Positions 1-9,336 of a stretch of 64,000 bases of DNA are shown here, in pieces. The notes beneath the pieces were generated by a model, which saw nothing but the letters and a program-made list of their open reading frames with translations, did not search any database and was not told where the DNA came from. Source of the DNA: Iamia sp. (GTDB lineage: Bacteria > Actinomycetota > Acidimicrobiia > Acidimicrobiales > Iamiaceae); NCBI GenBank assembly GCA_052038315.1, contig JBQGCF010000064.1:3289-67288 (forward strand), in the 5' to 3' direction. Position 1 is the stretch's first letter. Each line of letters opens with the position of its first letter. Made by a program: the position numbers and the translations under genes.

Positions 1-630
1 GTCGGGGTCCGCCTCGCCCTGGGGGTCGACGGTGGGGCCGTCGCCGATGCGGACGATCGGGGCGACGGTGAGCGGCAGGTCGTCGGCCCCCTCCTCGGTG
101 CCGGAGGGCAGCCGGACGACGTGCACCACGACCCGGCCCCGCTCGGCGCCGTCGGCGTCGACGACCCGGACGTCGAGCGGGTACACGCCCACCCGCAGGC
201 CCCGCGAGAGGAACTGCCAGCCCGGCGAGGATCCGTCCTCGGCGGTCTGGTTGAGGCTCAGGGCGAGGGTGACCCAGCGGGTGCCGTCGGGGCGCACCTC
301 GGTGTTGCGGACGGTGACCGGGGGGAAGGCCTCCACGCTGTCGGTCAGGAGGTCGCCGAGGAGCGAGTGCTGGTACTGGTCGCGATCGACCCGGTCGTAG
401 AGCTCGGCCTCGACGGTGGCGTCGGCCGGGGCGCCGGAGAGGGCCAGGCGCATGGTCCACATGCCGCCCCGGGTGACGAAGTAGCTCTGGTCGATGGCCC
501 GGATGCCGACGGCCGCAGGGGCCTGGGCGGCGGGCCGGGGCGCGGCGGGCGCGACGCCGGGGGCGACCAGCCCGGTCAGGGCGGTGACGGCCAGCGCCGC
601 CGCCCACCGGGCCAGGGGCCCACGGCTCAC
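1..630 (-). CDS. Secreted/membrane protein, probably DUF6049 family (N-terminal part; runs off window start)
   Basis: Manual translation from GTG at 630: MSRGPLARWAAALAVTALTGLVAPG... (signal peptide) ...GVYPLDVRVVD. GTGA overlap with the GNAT stop. DUF6049 genes are typically near the CCA enzyme in Actinobacteria. Confidence 0.6.
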   Translation of the reverse strand, partial: MSRGPLARWAAALAVTALTGLVAPGVAPAAPRPAAQAPAAVGIRAIDQSYFVTRGGMWTMRLALSGAPADATVEAELYDRVDRDQYQHSLLGDLLTDSVEAFPPVTVRNTEVRPDGTRWVTLALSLNQTAEDGSSPGWQFLSRGLRVGVYPLDVRVVDADGAERGRVVVHVVRLPSGTEEGADDLPLTVAPIVRIGDGPTVDPQGEADPD

Positions 631-1367
631 GGCGCCAGCGCCAGGGTGAGCACGGTGAGGCCCGAGGGCTCGGGCACGAAGCCCATGCGCCGGTAGAGGG
701 CGTAGGCGCCGTCGTTGCCCACCTGGGTGTTGACCACCGCCACGCGGACGTGGCGGCGGCGCAGCCAGCGCAGGCCGTCGGCGACCAGCGCCGCGCCCAC
801 GCCGCGCCGCCAGCACTCGGGGTCGACGGCCAGGCGCTGGAGGTAGCCCCGCGCCGCCGAGCGGCCGGTGACGGCGTAGCCGACGACGCCGTCGTCCTCG
901 GCCACCCGGAAGCGGGCCGAGGCGGTGGCGGCCAGGGCGTCGTCCAACCCACCCCGGTCGAGCCGCCAGAACGGCTCGAAGGCCCGGGCGTCGACGGCCA
1001 GGGCGGCCTCGACGTCGATGCGCCGGGCCCGGCGCAGGCGGACCGGGCCGGTCACGGCGGGCACCTCGACCAGGTCGTGGCGCAGGAGGTGGAGGCGGTC
1101 GTGGACGGTGAAGCCGGCGTGGGCGAAGGGCTCGCTCTCGCCCTCGGTCAGGGCACCGGTGACCAGACGGCGGAGCCCGGCGTGGGCGGCCCGGTCGACC
1201 AGCCCGGCGATCTCGGCCACCGTCGGCGGCGGCGACCCGGGGCGCACCGTGACCAGGGCGATGTCCTCCCGGCCGCGCCAGGCGACCGTGCGCAGCGACG
1301 ACGACGGGTGCGAGCGCCACCGGGCCAGCGGCGGGACCGGGGGCGGTGAGGGGGTGTCGGCGTCCAC
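627..1367 (-). CDS. GNAT family N-acetyltransferase
   Basis: C-terminal RLAVDPECWRRGVG acetyl-CoA motif and NTQVGNDGAYALYRRMGF. Confidence 0.85.
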   Translation of the reverse strand: MDADTPSPPPVPPLARWRSHPSSSLRTVAWRGREDIALVTVRPGSPPPTVAEIAGLVDRAAHAGLRRLVTGALTEGESEPFAHAGFTVHDRLHLLRHDLVEVPAVTGPVRLRRARRIDVEAALAVDARAFEPFWRLDRGGLDDALAATASARFRVAEDDGVVGYAVTGRSAARGYLQRLAVDPECWRRGVGAALVADGLRWLRRRHVRVAVVNTQVGNDGAYALYRRMGFVPEPSGLTVLTLALAP

Positions 1368-1447
1368 GCACCGACGAGCCTACGACCGCCGTCCCGGCCC
1401 GACGGAGCGGCGGGCGGACGGCCGGCGACAACCGGTACCGTCGGTCC

Positions 1448-2461
1448 GTGCCCTCGCTCCTGGTCGCCACCGACCCGCGCTTCGCCGACCACCAGCCCGG
1501 CGTCGGCCACCCCGAGCGCCCGGCCCGGCTCGACGCCGTGGCGCGGGGGATCCGCGAGGCGGGTCTCGACGAGGCCCTCGTCCACGTCGAGCCCCGGCTG
1601 GCCACCGACGACGACCTGGCCCGGGTCCACGCCCGCCGGCTGGTCGAGGCGCTCGACCGCTTCGACCAGGCGGGTGGCGGCAACATCGACGCCGACACGG
1701 CCATGGGCCCGGGCTCGATGGAGGCGGCCCGGCTGGCTGCCGGCGCCGGCCTGGAGCTGGCCGAGCGGCTGGAGGCGGGGGAGGCCGACACCGGGTTCTG
1801 CGCCGTGCGCCCGCCCGGCCACCACGCCACCAGCACCCGGGCCATGGGCTTCTGCCTGTTCAACAACGTGGCCGTCACCGCCGCCGCCCTGGCCGACCGG
1901 GGCGAGAAGGTCCTGGTCGTCGATTACGACGCCCACCACGGCAACGGCACCGAGGAGGTCTTCTGGCGCGACCCCCGGGTGCTCTACGTCTCGCTCCACG
2001 AGTGGCCGCTGTACCCGGGCACCGGGGCCTTGGGCGACGTCGGCGCCGGTGACGGCATCGGCGCCACGATCAACGTCCCCCTCCCGGCCGTGGCCACCGG
2101 CGACGTCTACCGCCGGGCCGTGGCCGACCTCGTCGCCCCGGCCGCCGCCGCCCACGGCACCACCTGGCTGCTGGTCTCGGCCGGCTTCGACGCCCACCGG
2201 GCCGACCCCCTCACCGGGCTCGGCCTGCGGGCCGGCGACTTCGCCGACATCACCGACGACCTGCTCCAGCTGGTCCCCGGCGGGCGCCGCCTCCTCTTCC
2301 TGGAGGGGGGCTACGACCTCGACGGGCTGGCCGACTCGGTGGGCGCCACCCTGGCCCGGGTCGCCGGGGTCGACCACCGGCCCGAGCCGGCGACCTCGGG
2401 GGGACCGGGCGCCGACGCCGTGGCCGCCGCCGTCGCGGTCCACCACCGGGCCACCTCCTAG
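1448..2461 (+). CDS. Histone deacetylase family (Zn-dependent lysine/acetylpolyamine deacetylase)
   Basis: HPERPARL, VRPPGHHA, GFCLFNNVA, DYDAHHGNGT, SAGFDAH, LEGGY. Start GTG lies 6 nt after TACCGT. Confidence 0.92.
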   Translation: MPSLLVATDPRFADHQPGVGHPERPARLDAVARGIREAGLDEALVHVEPRLATDDDLARVHARRLVEALDRFDQAGGGNIDADTAMGPGSMEAARLAAGAGLELAERLEAGEADTGFCAVRPPGHHATSTRAMGFCLFNNVAVTAAALADRGEKVLVVDYDAHHGNGTEEVFWRDPRVLYVSLHEWPLYPGTGALGDVGAGDGIGATINVPLPAVATGDVYRRAVADLVAPAAAAHGTTWLLVSAGFDAHRADPLTGLGLRAGDFADITDDLLQLVPGGRRLLFLEGGYDLDGLADSVGATLARVAGVDHRPEPATSGGPGADAVAAAVAVHHRATS

Positions 2462-2571
2462 AACGCTCAGGAGTCGAGATGACGGGACCGGATCGCGCCG
2501 GCCCCCTCCTCGGCAGGGCCTCGGAGAGAACCCACCGTCCTGCTGGGTCGCCTCGCCTGTCGGCTCGGCTC

Positions 2572-2598
2572 CTCAACACTGGGGGCCTCGCGGCCGAC
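2572..2598 (+). promoter_or_regulatory. Putative sigma-28 (FliA/WhiG-like) promoter
   Basis: CTCA-N17-GCCGAC just upstream of the pilT-like start. Confidence 0.45.
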
Positions 2599-2607
2599 GA
2601 TGACGAG

Positions 2608-3690
2608 GTGCCCGATCTGGCCCACCTCCTCCACCACCTGGCCGAGCGCCGCGGCTCCGACCTCATCGTGAAGGTCGGCTCACCGCCCCACGTGCGCGTC
2701 GACGGCCACCTCCAGCCCACCGACATGCCGGCCATGGGCCCGGCCGAGATCGAGAAGGTGCTGACCGAGCTGCTGCCGGTGGCCAAGGCCGAGGAGCTGC
2801 TCGAGCGGGGCGAGGTCGACGTGGCCCACGGCGTGGCCGGCGTCGGCCGCTTCCGGGTCAACGTCTTCCGCCAGCGGGGGTCGCTCAGCCTCGCGATCCG
2901 CCGGGTCGTCCCCGGGGCGCCCGCCATCGCCGATCTCAACCTGCCCGCCTCGGTCGAGAAGCTGGCCATGGAGGACGCCGGCCTGATCGTCGTGGCCGGC
3001 CCGGCCGCCTCGGGCAAGACGACGACGGTCGCCGCCATCCTCGACCACGTCAACGCCACCCGGGCCCGCCACATCGTCACCATCGAGGACCCGATCGAGG
3101 TCCTCCTGGCCGACAAGCGCTCGCTGGTGAGCCAGCGCGAGATCGGCAGCGACGCGGTGTCCGTCTCCGACGCCCTGCGCCGGGTCGGCCGCCAGAACGC
3201 CGACGTGATCTTCGTCAGCGACATCCCCGACGCGGCCGCCGCCGAGCGGGTCGTGTCCGAGGCCCTCTCCGGCCGCCTCGTCGTGGTCACCATGGCCGCC
3301 CTGACCGCGGCCGAGACGATCTCCCGTCTCGTCGACTTCTACCCGCCGCACCTCCAGCGCCAGGCCCGCTACTCGATCGCCCAGGTCCTGCGGGGCGTCG
3401 TCGCCCAGCGGCTGCTCGACCGGGTCGACGGCCGCGGCCGGGTGCCGGTGGTCGAGATGCTGATCGGCACCCAGAAGATGACCGAGGCCATCGCCCAGGG
3501 CGCCGACGAGGCGACCCTCGAGGCGCTGATGCGCGAGGGCGAGTACCACGGCATGCAGAGCTTCGACCAGGCCCTGCTCAACCTCTACCAGGACTCGGTG
3601 ATCAGCGTCCGCGACGCCGTCGCCGCCGCCTCCCGCCCCGAGGACCTCCGCATCGCCATGCAGCACGCCGGCATGGCGGCCGCGTATTGA
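2608..3690 (+). CDS. PilT/PilU-family type IV pilus ATPase paralogue (degenerate catalytic motifs)
   Basis: GSDLIVKVGSPP, GRFRVNVFRQRG, Walker A GPAASGKTTT, TIEDPIE, QREIG, GMQSFDQALL. Confidence 0.85.
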   Translation: MPDLAHLLHHLAERRGSDLIVKVGSPPHVRVDGHLQPTDMPAMGPAEIEKVLTELLPVAKAEELLERGEVDVAHGVAGVGRFRVNVFRQRGSLSLAIRRVVPGAPAIADLNLPASVEKLAMEDAGLIVVAGPAASGKTTTVAAILDHVNATRARHIVTIEDPIEVLLADKRSLVSQREIGSDAVSVSDALRRVGRQNADVIFVSDIPDAAAAERVVSEALSGRLVVVTMAALTAAETISRLVDFYPPHLQRQARYSIAQVLRGVVAQRLLDRVDGRGRVPVVEMLIGTQKMTEAIAQGADEATLEALMREGEYHGMQSFDQALLNLYQDSVISVRDAVAAASRPEDLRIAMQHAGMAAAY

Positions 3691-3868
3691 GTCTCGTCAC
3701 TCGCTCGCTGCGCTCGCTCCGTTCCTCGAGCTGAAGGCGCTCGCTGCGCTCGCACTGAACGATCCCAGGATCGGTCGGCTCGTTCCTCGCAGACACGATC
3801 CTTCGCCTGGGGGTGCCCCCCAGACCCCCAGCGCCTGCGGCGGGCGGGCGGCTTCGCTTCGCTCGCGA
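3691..3868. repeat. REP-like intergenic palindromic repeat cluster
   Basis: GCTCGCTGCGCTCGC twice, CGTTCCTCG twice, GGGGGTGCCCCCCAGACCCCC hairpin, CTTCGCTTCGCTCGC. Confidence 0.6.
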
Positions 3869-3906
3869 AAAACCTCCGGGACGCCTCGGGCGTCTGGACT
3901 GGTGAC

Positions 3907-4449
3907 ATGAGATGGGGACGGGGCGGGACGCCGCCGGACGATCTGGCCGACTTCTACGCCGACCAGTACGACCGGGTGTGGAGCGCGCTCGCCCTGTTCA
4001 CCGGCGATCGCCGGCTCGCCGAGGAGCTGGCGCAGGAGGCGTTCGTGAAGACGTGCCAGCACTGGGAGACGGTGCGGGAGATGGAGGCACCGGGGGCGTG
4101 GGTCCACCGGGTCGGCATCAACCTGGCGATCAGCCGGGCCCGCCGGCGACGGACCGAGCTGCGGGTCGTCCAGCAGCACGGGGCCGCCGTGGCCACCGCC
4201 GATGCGGCCGACGCCGGGCTCGGCGCCGAGGCGGTGCGGGCCGCGGTGGCCGCCTTGCCCGACGACGAGCGGGCGGTCGTCGTCCTGCGGTTCCACGCCG
4301 ACCTCTCGGTGGCCGCCACCGCGGCCGCCCTGGGCGTGCCCGAGGGGACGGTCAAGACCCGCTCCCGCCGGGCCCTGGCCCGCCTGCGCGACGCCGGCCT
4401 GGACGCAGCCGGCGACGCCGACGCCGAGCCGGTGGAGGTGGAGCGATGA
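3907..4449 (+). CDS. ECF RNA polymerase sigma factor (sigma-70 group 4)
   Basis: AEELAQEAF, AWVHRVGINLA region 2; LPDDERAVVVLRFHADLSVAATAAALGVPEGTVKTR region 4. Confidence 0.92.
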   Translation: MRWGRGGTPPDDLADFYADQYDRVWSALALFTGDRRLAEELAQEAFVKTCQHWETVREMEAPGAWVHRVGINLAISRARRRRTELRVVQQHGAAVATADAADAGLGAEAVRAAVAALPDDERAVVVLRFHADLSVAATAAALGVPEGTVKTRSRRALARLRDAGLDAAGDADAEPVEVER

Positions 4450-5952
4450 CCGCCGAGGACCTCCACGACGCTCTCGACCGGGCCGCCGGGCAGCCGGGCG
4501 ACCGGCCCGCGCTGGACGGACTGTGGGCGCAGGGGCGGGGGCGCCGCCGGCGCGGCCGTCGTGGTGCTGGCCGGCCTGCTGGCCGGGATCGTCGTCGTCG
4601 CCGGCGGGGGCGACGGCGACGAGGGCGTGGTGGTGGGGCCGGTCGGCGGGGACGAGGCGGCGCCCCCGCCGACCGAGCCGACCGACGGGATGGTCACCAT
4701 GGCGCTGACCGCCGGACCGGTCGTCGACGGCCTCCCCACGCTGGAGCCCGGCCGACGGGTGATGGCGACCTACCAGGGCCTGGTCGAGCTGTTCGGCCGG
4801 GAGCGGCGGGCCTCCTGGCAGCGCTGGGACGGGTCGGCCTGGATCGAGGAGCGCTACCTGATCGGGAACGCCGGCTACAGCGGCTGGGGTGGCGAGGTAA
4901 CCCCGACCGCGCCCCCGCCCACGGTGCCCGACGACCTGGTCACCGGCGCCGGCCCCGATCCCTTCCCGACCCCTGACGACGCCGAGCCCGGTTGGTACCG
5001 GATCTGCGTGACGATGCGAGGGCTCGGTGCCGGGACGGTGGCGGGCACGACCATGCCCGGCGATCCCGAGGACGCCGTCCCGACCGAGACCCGCATCGCC
5101 GACGACCACCGGATCGTCGCCTGCGGCCAGCTGCGGGTCGTGCCGGACACGGGGGAGGCAGACCCCCCGGAGGGGGCGGCCGAGGAGACGACCACCACGA
5201 CGGCCCCCCCGCCCGAGAGCGAGGTGGAGCTGCCCGTGCGGCTCGACTTCGGGCCCGAGCTGAGCCCCGGCGGGCTCGTCTTCGGCGACTTCGTGTGGGA
5301 CGAGGGCGCGTCGGGGTCCCGGGCGGACGTCGGCACCTGGGAGGCGTGGGACGGGGAGACGTGGACGGTGACCCACCGAACGACCATCACCGGGTTCGAC
5401 TCCGTCCCCGAGATCGCCCCCTGGGCCGGTACCAACCACTCGCCGGCGCCGACGATGGTGCCGGCCGAGGGCCGGGTCGCCTTCCTCACCCCGCCCGCCA
5501 CCGAGGCGCCGCCGGGGATCTACCGGCTGTGCCTGCCGGTGCAGATCGACGGCGAGCCCGACCGGCAGCCGCTGTGCGAGCAGATCACCCTCACCGAGCC
5601 GGACCTGGTGCCGGGTTACCCCGATCGGGAGGGGGCGACCTGGGCGATCGACCCCGACGACCCGCCGGAGCCGACCGACCAGGTGGTCACGGTGCTGGTG
5701 ACCCGGGTGCGCTGCACCGACGGCGAGGCCGGTCCGCTGCTCGAGCCCGAGGTGCGGGCGAACGAGGGGTCTGTCCACATCTCGTTCAGCGCCGACCCGG
5801 GCACCGGCGACTGCCCCGACGGGCCGGAGCGCCGGGAGGTCGACCTCGGGGCGCCGCTGGGCGACCGTCTCCTCATGGACCAGATCTGCTTCCAGAACAG
5901 CGAGCTGATCGACGCCTGCGGGGAGACCTCCGTGCGCTGGGGCGAGCCCTGA
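4446..5952 (+). pseudogene. Putative membrane anti-sigma factor, frameshifted near 4537-4541
   Basis: ATGA overlap with the sigma stop. MTAEDLHDALDRAAG...LWAQGR is in one frame; the TM helix and extracellular domain (ORF 4561-5952) are in the +1 frame. The shift is at a G5 run. Confidence 0.6.
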
Positions 5953-5955
5953 CCC

Positions 5956-6714
5956 TCAGCCCTCGGGTGGGGTGATGTCGGCCGCGGCCCACCACCCCGC
6001 CCAGCGGGCCTCGATCTCGGCGAGGGCCTCGGGGGCCAGGCCGTAGGCCGAGGCGATGGCCATGGCCGGCGCCGCCTCGTCGGTCCCGCCGGGGACGGCC
6101 GCCGCCACCAGGAGGCCGTCGCCCCAGCCGTCGACGGTGAGGCCGATCTGGTGCGCCGAGCGGAACCACACCGTCCCGGCCAGCTCGTCACCGGTGGCCA
6201 GGGTGACGGCGTAGGGCTCGCCGGGGCCGGCGGTGACGGCGCCGAGGCCGAGGGCGGCGAGCGGGTCGCCGGCCAGCAGGCCCGAGCCGAAGACGGTGCG
6301 CCGGCCCTCGCCGGGGTGGCGGGCCAGGACGAAGGCGAGCTGCTGGAAGAAGGTCAGCCAGCCCTCCTCGATGTGGTCGATCTCGCTGTGGAACATCTCC
6401 CAGCCGTCGTCGCCGACGTCGATCACCCGGGTGACCCGCACGACGGCGCTCCCGTCGCCGGTGGCCTCCACCGCGATCTCGTGCGGGCCGGTGCGCATGG
6501 TGCGGGCGTCGTCGTCGACCTCGATGGCGGTGTCGAGGTTCTCGGGGAGCTCGACCCCGTCGGGGACCCGGCCGTGGAAGATCAGGGCGATCTCGTCCTC
6601 CAGGCCCGGGTACTCCCAGCCGAACCAGCGCCCGATCTCCTCCGGGTCGCGCAGGGCCCGCCACACCTCCTCGGCCGTGGCGCCGACCGTGACGGACAGG
6701 AAGGGCTCGCTCAT
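5956..6714 (-). CDS. SRPBCC/Aha1-like domain protein
   Basis: MSEPFLSVTVGATAEEVWRALRDPEEIGRWFGW...IEEGWLTFFQQLAF; coupled to the upstream HTH regulator. Confidence 0.75.
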   Translation of the reverse strand: MSEPFLSVTVGATAEEVWRALRDPEEIGRWFGWEYPGLEDEIALIFHGRVPDGVELPENLDTAIEVDDDARTMRTGPHEIAVEATGDGSAVVRVTRVIDVGDDGWEMFHSEIDHIEEGWLTFFQQLAFVLARHPGEGRRTVFGSGLLAGDPLAALGLGAVTAGPGEPYAVTLATGDELAGTVWFRSAHQIGLTVDGWGDGLLVAAAVPGGTDEAAPAMAIASAYGLAPEALAEIEARWAGWWAAADITPPEG

Positions 6715-7298
6715 GGGGTCTCCTTGCTGGGGGCCGGGTGGCCACCGACGACCACGCGGTAGGGGCGGCCGTCGGGGTCGTGGACCTCGGCCACCACGTC
6801 GGCGACGGCGGCGGCCAGGCGGTCGGTGAAGCGGAGGACGTCGGCCGGGGTGGCGAAGGCGACCTCGGCCTCGACGGTGAAGGTCAGCAGGCGGGTGCCC
6901 TCGGCGGTGGCCGCGGCCTGCATCCGGCTGACGTCGCGGACCACGTCGGTGGCCGCCGCCATCAGGTGCTCGGCGGCGTGGCGGTCGTCCGACGTCGGCC
7001 CCGGGCCCAGCACCGCCGGGTCGACCACGAAGGCGTCGGCGCGGGCCCGCAGGATCCGCTCGGTGCAGCCCCGGCGGGGGCGCTCCTCGACCAGCTCGAG
7101 CAGCCCGGCCGCCTCCAGGGCCCGGACGTGGTGGCCCACCCGCTGGCGGGGGAGGCCCAGCTCGGCCGCCACCTGGCTGGCCGAGGCCGGCTGGCGCAGC
7201 CGTTCGAGCAGCTGGCGGCGCAGGGGCGAGAGGGCCAGGCGGACCCGCTCGGGATCCTCGAGGAGGGCGACGGAGGGGTTGGCCACGGCGATCATCAT
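6711..7298 (-). CDS. ArsR-like helix-turn-helix transcriptional regulator
   Basis: LSPLRRQLLERLRQPASASQVAAELGLPRQRVGHHVRALEAAGLL. Confidence 0.85.
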   Translation of the reverse strand: MMIAVANPSVALLEDPERVRLALSPLRRQLLERLRQPASASQVAAELGLPRQRVGHHVRALEAAGLLELVEERPRRGCTERILRARADAFVVDPAVLGPGPTSDDRHAAEHLMAAATDVVRDVSRMQAAATAEGTRLLTFTVEAEVAFATPADVLRFTDRLAAAVADVVAEVHDPDGRPYRVVVGGHPAPSKETP

Positions 7299-7368
7299 GG
7301 AATGGACAGCCAATCCTGTCAATGGAACGACAACGGGCCGCGAGGGGAGGTCTGGGTACCGTGGACGG

Positions 7369-8778
7369 GTGATCCCCGACCGCTTCCAGGCGACCCTCGA
7401 CGAGGTCCGGCCCCTCGCCGACGCCTTCGTGGCCGCCGGCCACCGGCTGTACCTGGTGGGCGGGATCGTGCGGGACCACTTCCTCGGCCGGGAGCGGGCC
7501 GACGGCGACCTCGACCTCACCACCGACGCCCGGCCCGAGCAGATCAAGGCCATCGTCGCCCCACTCGCCACCGCGGTGTGGGAGCAGGGCGCCCGCTTCG
7601 GCACGATCGGCTGTCGCATCGGCGGGCGGCCCTACGAGATCACCACCCACCGGGCCGAGGCGTACACCACCGACAGCCGCAAGCCCCAGGTCGTCTTCTC
7701 CGACTCTGTCACCGACGACCTCGCCCGCCGCGACTTCACCGTCAACGCCATGGCCCTGGAGGTCGGGCTGGAGACGCCCCGCCTCGTGGACCCGCACGGC
7801 GGCGCCGCCGACCTGGCCTCGGGCGTCCTGCGCACCCCGCTGGCGCCGGAGGAGTCCTTCTCCGACGACCCGCTACGGATGCTGCGGGCGGCCCGCTTCA
7901 TCGCCGGCTACGGGCTCACGCCCACCGACGAGCTGGTCGCGGCGGTGCGCACGATGGCCGGCCGGCTCGAGATCGTGTCGGCCGAGCGGATCCGCGACGA
8001 GCTCGACAAGCTGATCGTCGTCGACGACCCGGCCGCCGGGCTGTGGTTCGTCACCGACACCGGGCTGGCCGAGCAGTTCCTGCCCGAGCTGCCCGCCATG
8101 CGGCTGGAGATGGACCCGATCCACCGCCACAAGGACGTGCTGGCCCACAGCATCGCCGTGGTCGGCAACGTCCGGGCCCGGCGCGAGGACGGCACGCCCA
8201 ACCGCATCACCCGCCTGGCCGCCCTCTTCCACGACGTGGGCAAGCCCAAGACCCGCTCCTTCGACAAGGGCAACGGCGTCAGCTTCCACCACCACGAGGT
8301 GGTCGGCGCCCGCATGACCCGGGAGCGGATGCAGGCCCTGAAGTACTCCAAGGAGGACGTCGAGGCCGTCACCCAGCTCGTCTTCCTCCACCTCCGGTTC
8401 CACACCTACCGCTTGGGCTGGACCGACGCGGCCGTGCGCCGCTTCGTCCGCGACGCCGGGCCCCTGCTCGGCGAGCTGATCGAGCTGACCCGCTGCGACT
8501 GCACCACCCGCAACCAGCGCAAGGCCCGCATCCTCTCCAACCGCATGGACGAGCTGGAGGAGCGGATCGCGGTGCTGGAGGCCGAGGAGGAGCTCAAGGC
8601 GATCCGCCCCGACCTCGACGGCCAGGCGGTGATGGCCCGTCTCGGCGTGCCGCCCGGCCCGGTGATCGGGAAGGCCCTCGCCTTCCTGCTGGAGCTGCGG
8701 CTGGAGGAGGGCCCCCTCGGCGAGGAGGAGGCCGGCCGCCGGCTCGACGCCTGGTGGGCGGAGCAGCAGGGGTCGTAG
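7369..8778 (+). CDS. cca: CCA tRNA nucleotidyltransferase (HD-domain containing)
   Basis: LVGGIVRD, DLDLTT, DLARRDFTVNAMA, DDPLRMLRAARF, VSAERIRDE, HRHKDV, HDVGKP. Start 6 nt after TACCGT. Confidence 0.93.
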   Translation: MIPDRFQATLDEVRPLADAFVAAGHRLYLVGGIVRDHFLGRERADGDLDLTTDARPEQIKAIVAPLATAVWEQGARFGTIGCRIGGRPYEITTHRAEAYTTDSRKPQVVFSDSVTDDLARRDFTVNAMALEVGLETPRLVDPHGGAADLASGVLRTPLAPEESFSDDPLRMLRAARFIAGYGLTPTDELVAAVRTMAGRLEIVSAERIRDELDKLIVVDDPAAGLWFVTDTGLAEQFLPELPAMRLEMDPIHRHKDVLAHSIAVVGNVRARREDGTPNRITRLAALFHDVGKPKTRSFDKGNGVSFHHHEVVGARMTRERMQALKYSKEDVEAVTQLVFLHLRFHTYRLGWTDAAVRRFVRDAGPLLGELIELTRCDCTTRNQRKARILSNRMDELEERIAVLEAEEELKAIRPDLDGQAVMARLGVPPGPVIGKALAFLLELRLEEGPLGEEEAGRRLDAWWAEQQGS

Positions 8779-8820
8779 CCCCGGTCACGGTTTCCGGGGG
8801 GTGGGGCGTGTGGACAGGGC

Positions 8821-9336
8821 GTGATCGACATGCACCCGCCGCCACCCCACCCGCCGCCCACCGAGCCGGCCGCCCTGGAGACGGTCTTCCGGGACTGCCA
8901 GCGGGACCTGCTCCGCACGGTCGTCCCGCTCACCGGTGGTGACCGGGCCGCGGCCGAGGACGTGGTGGCCGAGGCGTTCGCCCGGGCCCAGCGCGAGTGG
9001 GACCGGGTCGGGGCCTACGACCGGCCCGACCTGTGGCTCCGCCGGGTCGCCCTGAACCTGGCCATCACCGCCCACCGCACCCGGGTCCGCCGGCGCGACC
9101 GCCGTCCCGACCCGCAACCCGAGGCCACCCTCGACGACGCCTCGATCGAGGTCCTCGACGCCGTCCGCTCGCTGCCCGAGCGCCAGGCCCAGGTCGTCGT
9201 GCTCGTCTACTTCGCCGGCGAGACGGTGGCCGGCGCCGCCCGCGTCCTCGGCATCGGCGAGCCCACCGCCCGCACCCACCACACCCGCGCCCTGGCCGCC
9301 CTGGCGGCGGCCCTCTCCGACGAGGAGCAGATCTGA
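8821..9336 (+). CDS. ECF RNA polymerase sigma factor
   Basis: AEDVVAEAF, WLRRVALNLA, LPERQAQVVVLVY...AARVLGIGEPTARTH. Confidence 0.9.
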   Translation: MIDMHPPPPHPPPTEPAALETVFRDCQRDLLRTVVPLTGGDRAAAEDVVAEAFARAQREWDRVGAYDRPDLWLRRVALNLAITAHRTRVRRRDRRPDPQPEATLDDASIEVLDAVRSLPERQAQVVVLVYFAGETVAGAARVLGIGEPTARTHHTRALAALAAALSDEEQI

